From positions 744,001 through 808,000 of the forward strand of contig NW_003314332.1 of the NCBI RefSeq assembly GCF_000143415.4: a stretch of DNA of 64,000 bases, given 5' to 3'. How positions within the stretch are numbered: position 1 is the first letter of the stretch; every line of letters starts with the position of its first letter. The stretch comes from Selaginella moellendorffii (Eukaryota > Plantae > Lycopodiophyta). Shown piece after piece: positions 24,541 to 36,442 of the stretch. The position numbers and the translations under genes are program-made. The notes beneath the pieces are model-generated. The model was not told the DNA's origin, made no database searches, and was given only the letters and a program-made list of their open reading frames with translations.

Positions 24541-25990
24541 AATATTCTCTTAAGGTCAGATCGTTAAAAAATTGCATAACATGTTAGTCTTTGACTTGAA
24601 AATTCAAAAGCGGGGGTGGATTCTTCTCTTTAGGTCAGATCGTTAAAAAATTGAGCTGTTCGTAAATGGAGGACTTTGATCATCCATGAGCAAAAATTTC
24701 TAAAGATCCTACAGGTAAGTAGGTATTTTTTATTGTGTTCATGAGATCTCTTATATTCTACATTCATAGGCCACCATGCTCTCATAAAATGCGAATGGTG
24801 CTTGGAAGCTCATAAAGACAATCAGTTCACTCAATCAGTTCCAGCTCCATGCACTGAATGTCTATGCAAAGTCCAACAGTCACAAGGAGGCCAAGCAAAT
24901 TTGCAAAGCCAATAAGCTTAGAAGGGAGCTGCAAAGAGGTTCCATGGATGATGCACTAGACCGACAGAGAGATCAACATGAAGAGCGAATAGTGCAAGTG
25001 ATGAAGCTTGTCCATCATCTCATTTTGGCAAATCTTCCGCTTAACTTAATCGGATCTGAAGTTCAGAACTACATTTACCAAGGAGCACCAAATTTCCCTC
25101 AAGCTGGAGACTACTCAGCTTGTGTGAATCCAGTCTCAGCTCGTGAGTTTCTTCAAGCGACTAAGTTTGTGGGGAGCAGAAGCTAGTTTCAGAGATTCAA
25201 GCCAGCCCATTCTTCTCAGGCTAGTGGATGAGAACACTGATCACACGTCCAAACAGCACCTGATTGTGTGCATCATCTATCTGCGTGATGGAAAGGAGTT
25301 CGTCAAACTGATTCCAGTCCATGATGGTACATCAAATTCTATTTTCACAGCTCTCCAGTCTTTGCTATTCACCACTATGGAACTAGACTAGTTGCTTTCT
25401 GGTCAGATGGTGCTTCAAGCATGGTTGGCCGTCACGCAGGTGTGCTTCAGAGGCTCAGAGAGTCACATCGAGAGTCACTTGCGCTTTTGCAAGTTTTCCG
25501 TGGATCTTCTCTGCAATCAACAAGTTAGCTAGGAATATCAGGACCTGGCTTGGGAAAAGCTCTCTGCGCCACAAGGAGTTAAAGGAGCTTCAAGCCTCGT
25601 ACAACTTCAAGCATGTGAACAATGAAGATGCTCTCTCTTCATGACGTTCGCTGGTTATACCTAGGGGAAGTGATGGATCGGCTTGTTGTTGTCATGCTTT
25701 CATGGAGCAGTGGAAAGCACTTGACAAAGCAAGGTAGTAAGCTTACAACGTTTCAGATCCGATTCTTCTTAAATCTCATTGCTTGTGTCCTCCACGAGGA
25801 ACTAAATTTTCGATGGCTGTTTGTTCAACAATCTCAGACTACTTGCATAGTACCATAGCAAAACTCAAGGTATACAAACAAGAATCCACTAGACTTCGGT
25901 TCTGCATGAAGTAAGAGGTTTTTGGAAGAGCAAATGCTAGATTACATTGCAAGGCTTTTTTCGGAAGAGCAAATGCTAAATTACATTGCA
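24541..25990 (+). mobile_element. Degenerate hAT-superfamily transposase (ZNF862/DUF4371-like) remnant
   Basis: KCEWC, LVDENTD...HLIVCIIY, SDGASSMVGRHAGV (about 25403-25445) and DVRWL. Many stops and frameshifts. Short direct repeats at 24551/24630 and 25922/25963. Confidence 0.75.
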
Positions 25991-26431
25991 GATTTACAAA
26001 GCCTTTTTACAAATCCAATGAAGGCATTCATTAAATAATGGAGTAATCAATTGTTGATCCAAAGATTAACATTGCGCGTGAAAAGAGGAGAAAAGAAGAA
26101 ACCCTATGAAAACTTTGAAGATTTAGACATGACAAATGTGAAAATGTATCAGCCCAAACCCTTGATGGAGTTGGATGTAAACCAAATTTCTGGATCAATT
26201 CAAAAAGCTTAACGACAAGTTGCGCGGTGTGCCGTAAAACGCGGTTCCGCTCAATTCGTTAGATTCTATCTGCCCCAAAAGAGGCAAACAAAACTTGTAG
26301 CAGCTACCAATGCGCGCACCTTGGCTATGTTCTGCACCATGCCCTAAGTCCATGACGACACAACCAAGGGAGCTGCAGGCAGCTAGCTTCGTTTACAGAT
26401 TTGGAGTGAACTTTGGGTAATTGCCTGCAAT

Positions 26432-26920
26432 ATGGACGAGGGTCATGGTTCACACGCACCTGCGGGCAGCGATGGCGGATCATCCTCCATGTCTCCGAGT
26501 ATGGGTCACGTCGCTGGATTCGAAGCTCAATTAATGCCGATGCAAAGCAGTTTTTACTGGGGTAAGGACATGACGCTCTTGTTTTCGAGCTGGGTAACAA
26601 GAAATCCGGTTCACTACGCACTCGTTGTCCTGGCTGTTTTTATCTTTGCAATCGCCCACCAGTTTCTGGGATACATCCACAAGCTCTACAACGGAAGCAG
26701 CAGCAGTGGCAGCAGCAAACACAAACACGCATGGCTCGAGATGTTGGTGGGGGTGGTTTTGTATGGCGCCCACACAACCACGGGCTACTTGCTCATGCTC
26801 ATCGTCATGAGCTTCAACGGAGGTGTCTTCGTTGCCGTCATATCTGGGCTGTGCCTGGGATTCTTGATATTCCAAGCCATTGAGAGGGCTATGAATGTGA
26901 ATGGTATTGGTGCAGAGTAA
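26432..26920 (+). CDS. COPT: Ctr/COPT copper transporter
   Basis: Met/His-rich N-terminus, MQSSFYWG, YLLMLIVMSFNGGVF (MxxxM) and GxxxG. Confidence 0.95.
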   Translation: MDEGHGSHAPAGSDGGSSSMSPSMGHVAGFEAQLMPMQSSFYWGKDMTLLFSSWVTRNPVHYALVVLAVFIFAIAHQFLGYIHKLYNGSSSSGSSKHKHAWLEMLVGVVLYGAHTTTGYLLMLIVMSFNGGVFVAVISGLCLGFLIFQAIERAMNVNGIGAE

Positions 26921-26971
26921 GATAATATATTCAAAACAAATCATTCTAAGTTATCATAGGATGAAGTCCAC

Positions 26972-27466
26972 TCACGGTTGTGTAGAGCAAGTGTCGTGTT
27001 GGTGTTGGTGATCAGCGGCAGTGGTTTTGTTCGATCCAAGCTTGAATGGAAAGACGAGGATGCCCAAGCAAAGCCCCAAGACAACAGCGATAAACACCCC
27101 CACGTTGAAGCTCATGACAATGAGCATGAGCAAGTAACTGGTGGAAACATAGGCAGCGTACAAGACGAGGGCGATGGCTGCCTGGCCGCGGCCTGAAATG
27201 GAGTAGAACATGTCGCTGCGGCCCCTGAGATAGCACAGAAACTGGTGGAGAATCGCAAAGCAGACGACGGCCAAGAGCGTTAGAGAGTACTCGACCCAGT
27301 TGCTGGTGGTCCAGCCCGAGAACAAAAGCGTTACATTCTTGCTCCAGATGAAGCTCATCTGCATCATCATCATATTATGCATCCCCATCCCCGTCCCCAT
27401 CCCCATGGAAGGATTCGAGGGCGCTGCTGCCTGATCATGGTCGTGACCACCGTGATCCATATCCAT
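26972..27466 (-). CDS. COPT: Ctr/COPT copper transporter
   Basis: ATG 27466. MDMDHGGHDHD, MMMMQMSFIWS, YLLMLIVMSFNVGVF and a His/Cys C-terminal tail. Confidence 0.95.
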   Translation of the reverse strand: MDMDHGGHDHDQAAAPSNPSMGMGTGMGMHNMMMMQMSFIWSKNVTLLFSGWTTSNWVEYSLTLLAVVCFAILHQFLCYLRGRSDMFYSISGRGQAAIALVLYAAYVSTSYLLMLIVMSFNVGVFIAVVLGLCLGILVFPFKLGSNKTTAADHQHQHDTCSTQP

Positions 27467-27573
27467 CTTCGATCGATCCGCCAATCAATTCCCTTCGAGG
27501 GAGGAAGAGCCGTGAAGAGGCTTTTGGTCGGCCTAAAACGCTGCCACTTAAACAGCCATGCATTCCTGCCCAA

Positions 27574-27695
27574 GTACAAGTACTGCACAGCAATTTAGTA
27601 CTAGCATACAAATTCAACGTTGTTTTTGAGGACGTACTTTAGTTTTTTGTGAAATGGAATGTGTGATCTCATCTGAGCCCCACATCTACACGTAC
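27574..27695. promoter_or_regulatory. Cluster of five GTAC copper-response cores (SPL7/CRR1-type)
   Basis: GTAC at 27574, 27580, 27598, 27634 and 27692, upstream of the minus-strand COPT. Confidence 0.7.
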
Positions 27696-27896
27696 ATTCC
27701 GGTTGGCTGCTTTACCAGTATAGCGCCATGGATTAATCGCCAGCTAGCAGCTAGGTCGAATCGAAGGCGCTGCGCTTTGCGTTGGACAGTTGGACTTGGA
27801 AGAAAGAAAGAACGATGTTACTTAGGTGAGAGCGTGCGTCCATTCCACTACCTAGTGCTTGTAATCAAGGGGAGCATCATATCGAAATATCTGGTC

Positions 27897-29638
27897 ATGG
27901 AGGCACTGTCGTCGAGGGCGCTGGTGCTCGAGCACCACCATGTCAATCACAATGTCTTGCTGTGGCAACAACGGCCATGGAGGGCGCCTCAATCGGCGGC
28001 CCTGCTATCCGTGGCGCACTCGGCATTGAGGCGCACAAAAGCCAGGCTATGGCGATGGCCATCGTCGTCGTGCCGGGTGAGTAACTTGTTTTGCTGCTTA
28101 CAAGACTTCATAGATTTGATCTCAACTCTAGAGACGACACAATTGGACAGGATTTGCTTGTCGCAGCTGCCACCAGTGCGTCTTGCTTGGCCTCCGCTTC
28201 TTCTTCTTCTTCCACAGCCGAGTTTGGTGACCAAAACCACCAAAGCCATGATGCAGCAGCGCCGCCATCGCAGCGGCAATCGGAGCTAGGAGAGAGTGCT
28301 GCCGACCTGCAAACTTCGAAGGAGTCGCAAACTGCCCCGCAAAAGATGTGAGTCTCCTCGACTTTTGTTTGTGGAGCTCTAAGCTCTGAAATGCATGCAC
28401 AGGGTGTAACGATTATATGATGTCTCGGCACTGGCAGGCCGACCAGAAACCTTCAAGCCGCGGGGATCATCTCGGGAATCACACTCGTGGGAACAATAGC
28501 CGCCGTTTCCTTCACGCTCGCCAGCGGAGGTCCGGCCGCGCTTGCCGCAGCGATCTCCAAGTCGGGATTCTATGCTGCGTTTGCGTTGATTTTTGTGTCG
28601 GAGATTGGCGATAAGGCAAGTTTTCTTCTTTCGGGTGCGCAGGATTCTGAGCTGGTTGCGTTGTGCACAGACGTTCTTCATCGCCGCATTGCTGGCCATG
28701 AGACACTCTCGAGGACTGGTGAGTTTAATTGATCAGAGAGTGTTTGTATGATATGATTGAGTGAGAACTTGTATGTGATCGATCAGGTGCTGCTGGGCTC
28801 AATGGGTGCGCTTAGCCTCATGACCGTCATCTCGGTTGTCATCGGGAGGCTTTTCCAACGCGTGCCGGCACAACTACAGACTTGTAAGCCTCTTCTCTCG
28901 CTCTCTCGTGTTTATGTTTTGGATTTCATTCGCGAGTGATCCCGGCCAGCTTTGCCAATTGGTGAGTATGCCGCTGTGGCGCTCCTCATCCTCTTTGGCC
29001 TGAAAGCAATCAAAGAGGCGTGGGAGCTACCGTCAGCCCCCGCTGATGCACCGGATGCGGCAGCTGACTCGGGCGAGCTTGCAGAAGCGGAACAAGTTGT
29101 CAAGCAAGTCCAGGTGTGTAAACTTCCTCTCGGCTCTCTGGGATTCTAACCTTTCAACTCGGAGTAGTGCAGGCTGACAAGAAGTTGAGCACTCCGCTGA
29201 CAATACTCGGAGAAACATTCAGCCTGGTCTTCCTAGCCGTGAGTTTTGGTTTCTCTGATTAAGCTCCCCCGGGACTTACGTGCATGCATGTCTCAGGAAT
29301 GGGGGGATCGATCGATGCTGGCCACAGTCGCCCTGGGTGCCGCTCAAGTAAGTGTGGCGTGATCTTCATGTACTCAAAAGTGTTTGCTTGCTTGCACAAC
29401 AGTCTCCGTGGGGCGTGGCGTCGGGCGCAATCCTGGGACATACGCTCGCAACGTTGCTGGCTGTGCTTGGCGGCGCACTTCTAGCTCGATATATCTCCGA
29501 GAAAGTGGTACGTTTTTGGTGTGGCTAGACGAAGATCTCAGCTCACTAGCGTGTGGGCTTGTGACACACCAGGTTGGCTACACGGGCGGAGTCCTCTTTC
29601 TTGTGTTTGCGGCCGCGACTCTGCTGGGAGCATTCTAG
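27897..29638 (+). CDS. CMT1: Chloroplast GDT1/UPF0016 Mn2+ transporter, CMT1/PAM71-HL type
   Basis: Transit peptide, SEIGDK|TFFIAAL (GC-AG intron 28616-28670), EWGDRSMLATVALGAAQSPWGVASG and VGYTGGVLFLVFAAAT. Confidence 0.9.
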
Positions 29639-29758
29639 CCCGAAAGTTTTGTTTTGTACTCCCTTTCTCCCTTTGAATCACAATGAGAATTATTTAGGGC
29701 TCATCAGTCACTGTTTCTAGGGCGCAGCAAAGGCAGATCCATTGTGGAGGTACTCGAG

Positions 29759-32700
29759 ATGAGTAGAAGCAGTGATGTGGGAGCTCGATCTCCTCCTCTT
29801 CCCTTCAATCCATACCAGCAGCAGCAGCAGCGCTATCCCCCAATGGCGCCACCAGCTGCTGATTTCCCACCACCTCAATTCTTTGCCAGGCCGCCGCTCT
29901 CCAATCCTCCTCTAGATCCTACTCCGCCGCCACCACCACCACAGCAGCTCTATTCCAGGCCGCCATCCTCGATGCTCTCCACTCCACCTCCTCCGATCCC
30001 ATCCAAGGCACCGCCCTTCGCATCGCCTCCTCCATTTGCAGCGCCCCACCAATTCCAAGGACTCCAAGGACCTCCTCCTTCTCATCCTCCTCCTCCTCCT
30101 CCCCAGGCTCCCTACTTTGGTGGATCACCAGCGTACCAGCAGCAGCAGCAGCAGCCATTGCCACCGCCATCCCAGGGATACTTCGCAGGGATAGCGCCAC
30201 CACTTCCTGGCGTTGCTGCTCCTCCAGGCCATGACATTGCCGACGAGTTCGAGTCTCTATCCATCTCATCAGCTCCTGGAACTGCTGCCGACGTCAAAGT
30301 AGAAGCGCTTCCCAGGCCTCCTCCGGATTCGTGTGACACCTTTGCGCAACCGGCTTGGTCGAATTGTCACCCGAGGTACTTTGAGCTCACCACCAACGCC
30401 ATCCCGGCATCACACTCGCTTGCTGCTCGCTGGCACCTTCCCCTGGGAGCTGTGATTCATCCACTCGCCGAGGCACCTCCCGAGGTAATAGACAAAGTTT
30501 CCTTTTTTTCTCTCTCTTGCTCTCTCTTTCTCTCGCTCTCTCATTCTCCTTTCTCTCGTCTCTAACCAACGTAGAAGCTGTGCAAAACTAGGAACAAGTG
30601 CCCGTCGTTGATTTTGGAACGTCTGGTATTGTGAGGTGCCGCAGGTGCCGGACTTACATCAACCCGTATGACAAGTTTACTGATGGCGGCAAGTATTTCC
30701 GCTGTGCGATATGCAACCTTCTCAACGACGGTAAAGCAGGCGTTTCATTCTCACAAAGGAATCTCATGTTGTTGCTTGTGTTTCCAGTGCCCATGGACTA
30801 CGTGTGTGCCCTGGATGAACAAGGAAAAAGGAGGGATGCTATGGATCGGCCAGAGCTCAGTCAGGGCAGTGTTGACTTCGTTGCCCCGATGGAGTATATG
30901 GTCCGTCCACCAATGCCCCCGGTCTACTTTTTCCTGATTGATGTGTCGGTCGCGGCAGTGAGATCGGGCATTCTACAGGTATTATACCTTGCAGCAGCAC
31001 AGACTATTTACCAAATCCTTCTTCTCCAGATCGCTGCCGATACAATCAAATCTTGTCTTGACAAGCTTCCAGGCTACCCGAGGACTCAAATAGGCTTTTT
31101 GACGTTCGATAGTACTCTTCATTTCTACAGTCTCAAGGTAAGCACGTTTCTGTGGCGTCTTTGTTAGTTTAACTTGGTTTTGCAGTCTTCGCTTACTCAA
31201 CCTCAAATGGTGGTTTTGGCACAAGTGGACGACCCGTTTTTACCAATGCCCGACGACCTTCTCGTCAACTTATCTGAATCTCGCCTTGTAGTTGAAGCTC
31301 TGCTGGATAGTTTGCCATCTATTTTTGCCAACAATGAAAACGTGGAGTCTGCCCTTGGTCCTGCTCTGGAGGCTACCACATCGATAATGGTTCGCCCCTT
31401 TGATTTTGTTGTCTATTGCTAACTAGGCCGATGGTATCTGTCAGAGTGAAATTGGAGGAAAGCTGCTTATCTTTCAGAGCACGCTGCCCTCTCTTGGCGT
31501 TGGCCGCCTAAAGCTCAGAGGACAAGAAGCTCATGTCTATCAAACGGACCGCGAGCCCGCTTTGCGGGTGGCAGAGGACTCGTTTTACAAGCAAATGGCG
31601 GCCAAGTGCTCCAAGCTGCAAATCGGTGTGAATGTGTATGCATTCTCGGAGAAGTACACCGATGTGGCGTCCTTGGGTAAAAACGTTGTCTTGTCTGGTT
31701 GCTCAACCATAAGTCGTACTTGTTCCACAGGTACTCTTGCAAAGTACACCGGCGGTCAGGTTTGCTATTACCCGGGATTCCACGCAGCCGTCGACGGAGA
31801 GAAGCTGACGTACGATCTCTCAAGGGACTTGACGAGAGAAACGGCTTGGGAAGCCGTGATGCGGATTCGTTGTGGAAAAGGTAATGCCTTATGTCGCTGT
31901 TTTACATGGTCTCATCTTGGTTTTGCTACAGGAATAAAGTATTCCGTGTTTCATGGCCACTTCATGCTCCGGAGCTCCGACTTGCTAGCTCTTCCGGCCG
32001 TGGACTGTGACAAGGCCTTCTCGGTGCAGTTTGCTTTGGAAGACACTTTGCTGACGTCCCAGCTGGCATACTTTCAAGTCGCTCTGCTGTAAGCTCGAAT
32101 CTCTTGTGCGTGTGATATCATACTCAGCTCCTTTGGTGCTTTACAGGTACACGTCGTCCTCGGGAGAACGGCGAATAAGAGTGCACACGGCTGCCGTTCC
32201 AATTGTGCAGGAGCTGAGCGTCATGTATAAAGAGGCGAACATTGGTGCTGTTGTTGGGGTGCTCAGCAGACTTGGTAAGCGCCGGCATACGTTTCGAGCT
32301 AAAACAATGTGCTGTTTTGTTGCAGCCGTGGAGAAATCACTGAATGATAAGCTGGAGAATGCTCGGCAATACGTGCATGTAAAGATGGTGAATGCGCTGC
32401 GGGAGTACAAGAACATGTATGCGGTGAAGCATTCACTCATTGGCCGCATCATCTTCCCCGAGTCACTCAAGCTACTGCCTCTCTACGTGCTGGCCTTGTC
32501 CAAGTCCTTGCCTTTGCGAGGTGGATTCATGGATGCTACACCTGACGAGCGCTCCGCTGCTGGATACCAGATGATGACAATGTCCCGACCCTCCCTCTTG
32601 AAACTTCTCTACCCCGCGCTGATTCGGCTCGACGAGTATCTCCTACAGGTAATGAGTTGCGTTGATTGGATCGCCAAGAATGAGACAATTGTTTATGCGC

Positions 32701-33197
32701 AGGGAAGCCGAGGTGGAGGTGTGGACAGTCCACCGCAGCTGCCACTGACGGCCGAAGTTTTGGATCCCCGCGGTGCGTTCGTCACCTCGGACGGCCAGCG
32801 CTTTGTACTGTGGCTGGGAAACGTGCTCCAACCCGAGTTCGTTGCTGCGATCCTTGGGCCGCAGGTAGCTCACAGCTCCGACCTGAGAAAGGTGCGCGCG
32901 TGTGCTTTTGTTGCTTGCTCTTGGAGCCATATTGACATGATGCTTGTTTCTTCCATACTCCAGGTCCCGGTTGTGGAGCAAGACAACGACTTGTCGAAAC
33001 GCTTCCATGCGCTGCTTGCAAAGTTGCGCAAGCAAAACCGGTGGTGCCACCAACAGTGCGTGGTGGTGCGGCAGGGGGAGTCGGGCCGGGAGCTCCAGCT
33101 CGTTCACTCCAACATGGTGGAGGACCGTGGCGCTGGATTTCCTTCCTACATGGAGTGGATGGTCCAGATCCACAGGCAAGTCCAGCAGAAGATCTAA
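29759..33197 (+). CDS. SEC24: COPII coat protein Sec24 (SEC24A-like)
   Basis: Pro/Gln-rich N-terminus, RCRRCRTYINP zinc finger, EYMVRPPMPP trunk, GERRIRVHT and gelsolin tail. Confidence 0.96.
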
Positions 33198-33267
33198 AGT
33201 AACAAAACACTAAGTTAAAAGCTTTGCGTCCATTCAAGAAAAAGCGAGCGAGACTTTCAAGTGTAAA

Positions 33268-33325
33268 GAATATCCACGCGGATGCTCCATGTATTCGAAT
33301 ATCCGTAGATGCCCGGCGGATATTC
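33268..33325. promoter_or_regulatory. Three P1BS (GNATATNC) PHR1-binding sites
   Basis: GAATATCC 33268, GAATATCC 33297 and GGATATTC 33318, about 180-240 bp upstream of the SPX ATG. Confidence 0.85.
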
Positions 33326-33506
33326 TCGGCCTTTTGGTTGAAAGAAACGACTGCCCTAGCGAACAAGGACGGAGGTTTATCATTTTCCGCGCACCAAATC
33401 TGTGAGAGAGCGTTGTTTAGATCGATCGGGAATGGTGGCGCGCTGCATTGGTCCCTGTAGTGACAGCTAGATCACAAGTAGCTGTGTGTAGCTCTAGAGC
33501 AGCAGT

Positions 33507-34540
33507 ATGAAATTCGGGAAGCGGTTAGCTAGCCAGATGGAGGAGACGCTACCCGAGTGGAGGGACAAGTTCCTGTCCTACAAGCAGCTCAAGAAGCGTC
33601 TCAAGCTCATATCGGCGCCGGATTGCTTCACCCAGGCGGCGTTTGAATCCGGCGGTACCAGCCCCGTTCGGGAGGAGAGCGGGACATCTGCCGTGGATGT
33701 TGCCGTGGACGAGCTCAAGAGATCCGGAGGCGCTGCTGTTGCTGCCATCAAGAGCGAAGGCCTTGAACACGCGGAGGAGCAGCCACAGCAGCAGCAGCAG
33801 CAGCAACAAGAAGAGTCCGAGTTCACAAGCTTGCTGGAAGTGGAGCTGGACAAGTTCAACACCTTCTTCATGGAGAAGGAGGAGGAGTATGTGATCCGGC
33901 TACAGGCAAGTCTCTCTTTCTTCTCGTCCAAGGATACCTTCATCTTGCTTATGCTTGCCGTGGTCGCTTCCGAGCAGGAGTTGAAAGATCGCATCGAGAA
34001 GCTCAAGTCCAAGCCTGACGTGACGGGCCTCGATCTGGAACAGCACGAGGAGCTCATCCAGATAAGGAAGGACATTGTTACGTTCCATGGCGAGATGGTG
34101 CTGCTCTTTAACTACAGCTCGCTCAACTACACAGGTAAATCCATTCATACGCGAGTGACACTTGTAACACTTGCATGGACACTATAGGCCTGGTGAAGAT
34201 CCTGAAAAAGTATGACAAGCGCACGGGGATGTCTCTCCGCTTGCCCTTCATCCAGGGGGTGCTGCAACAGCCCTTTTTCACGACGGAGCTTCTGTCCAAG
34301 TTGGTGGAGGAGTGCGAGAGAAATCTGCAAAGCATCTTCCCAGCAGACGAACTCGCGGCCATTACCAAGGCTCCCGAGCAGCCGGAGCTCACAACCGACG
34401 CCGAGGAATGCGATCCGGAGCAAGTGGAGGGCATCTACAGGAGCACCATGGCTGCGCTGCAAACCATCAAGGACTTGCGCAAGGGAAGTTCCACCTACAG
34501 CGCCTTGTCCTTGCCACCGCTCGGCAACAGCGACTCGTGA
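33507..34540 (+). CDS. SPX1: SPX-only phosphate-signalling protein
   Basis: MKFGK...FLSYKQLKK, LNYTGLVKILKKYDKRTG and GSSTYSALSLPPL. Introns 33906-33977 (GC-AG) and 34135-34187. Confidence 0.95.
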
Positions 34541-35511
34541 CATAGACACATATATATCATATGATACTCTCCACACCTTGTGTGTGTGTGTGTGTATAAC
34601 CATCTTACAATGTCGTCTAATCTAGAGCAAGTTCTCAAAAGCCACAGAGTGTCTCTCGGAGCCACTCAGCATGTAGCATCCATGAACTTCTGCAAAGCAC
34701 CGCCCAACGTAGTAACACTCGCAGCTCACCATGTCTCCAACCTTGCAAGTCACGTTCCTGATGACAGGAATGGGGCACGGCGGCGGGCTTTGGCAAACTG
34801 GAACATATAGACTCAGTCACAAACCATGATCATTCCAGGAAAAACGATGACTTACACTCGGTAGATTGCAACAATTGCCTGCTCGTGGGAGCCTGCGCCA
34901 AGCGTGGAATCAGCGACAAGGAAATATATTATTCACTTCTAGTTACCTGTGCTGGATCGAGCTTACAGATTCTGCGTCCATGCTTGATCGTGAGCTTGCG
35001 ATTTTTACTCACGCTTACTTAACCTGTCAACCCTGAGCAGCACAGTCCTACCAGATTTGCCAGCACTGCCATTGCCACCCGCAGCAGTGCCATAACTCTA
35101 GATTGATTGAGTGCCCAATGTGGTTTCAATGCGGCCGAGTTTTTCAAGCATACTCGACCCCCCGGGTGCCTTGTGGAAGCGCAAACACCGTGCTCTTGAC
35201 CTCTCAATCAGGCGTGGAGGCGAGTCCCGCGTATCTTTGGCCACTCACAGGCATTCTTCACTCCACCTGGGAAACATGATATCCAAGAATCGAGTGAAAT
35301 TATATTACCTCACGAATGAATGGTTTTAAACAGAGAGCAGTAGAAGCTAGGCTACAACATTCTCGTTCTTTCTTTTCGATGTCTCAGACACTAGGAATGC
35401 CTCGCCCACATTTGCTGTGATTCCAATCTACCATGAAGTTGTATATAGTCTAGTAGAGTAGAACACCACGAGACGAAAGAAGTGACGATGCCACAGCAAT
35501 CTCTTTGATGT

Positions 35512-36342
35512 TTACAAGCCAAGAGCACCAAGAGGTGTCAAGCCCTGTCCCGCCTCAAAGTAGAAGATAAGCATGGCGACCATGGCGAGTCTGGCGTGCT
35601 TGATCTCGGCAAGCTGAAGCCTCTGGAGCTTGTCAAAGTCGGGAACGTAGTCCCCGCCCTTCATGCTCCCGGCTAGCCGCAGCGGATCAAAGAACTTGCC
35701 GCCGGGATAGCCTTGCAGCCCGGTCGAGTTTGCAAAGTTGACGGCCGTTCGCGACCAGGGCGTTGCCCACTCCACCGCCTGCGTGTTGGGCTCGAAGAAA
35801 TCCACGTACCTCTTGGACTCCACCCAGCCCATGAGCAGGAGCTGCGTCCCCAGCAGGCTGCCAAACGAGAAGGGGGCCACGGCACCCGGCGCAGCACCAG
35901 CCTCGAACCATGGGATTCCAGACCACGCCTGACCCACGAAGATGCCCACCACCGCCGCCATCGCCCACCTCCCGTGGATGAGCTCCGCTTCTCTGTACCA
36001 CTTGAGGAAGGCCGGGTCCTTGCCCAGCCCAAGGGGATCAAAACCATAGTCGCCAGGGAGCCTGCATTCATCATTCCTCAATACGAGACTAGAAAAGGAT
36101 AACAAGACTTACGATCCATCCAGCCACTCGGGATCCACCAGGTCGCCACCTCCTCTCACCCCGGGAAGCCACGACTTCTTGCCGGATGCCGGCTTGGCGG
36201 ATATCTTCCTGGTGGCCATCGCCATGACTCGGGCTCCATTGCTGGGGCAGTGCGACAGGAGGGCGTTGCTCCCGCTCACAAACGAGGAGCTCGCGAGCTG
36301 CGAAATTGCGGCGCTGGCTGCGCTTGTGCTTGCCACGGCCAT
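35512..36342 (-). CDS. LHCB6: Photosystem II minor antenna CP24
   Basis: [23 protein letters not shown]|[34 protein letters not shown]...TPLGALGL. Intron 36112-36062. Confidence 0.97.
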
Positions 36343-36442
36343 CTCTCCTCTCACCTCTCTCCTCGGCTCTCCTAGCTTCGCAGGATTCTGATCGAAAAAA
36401 AGTAGGAAAAAAATGTGTGGTAGATAGAGGCCCCGGATCTGG

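Noticed and set aside
26432-34540. A nutrient-homeostasis gene cluster (COPT, CMT1, SPX)
   Set aside because: Interrupted by SEC24 and covering different pathways, so proximity is plausible by chance. Only the shared COPT/CMT1 promoter is kept as a finding.
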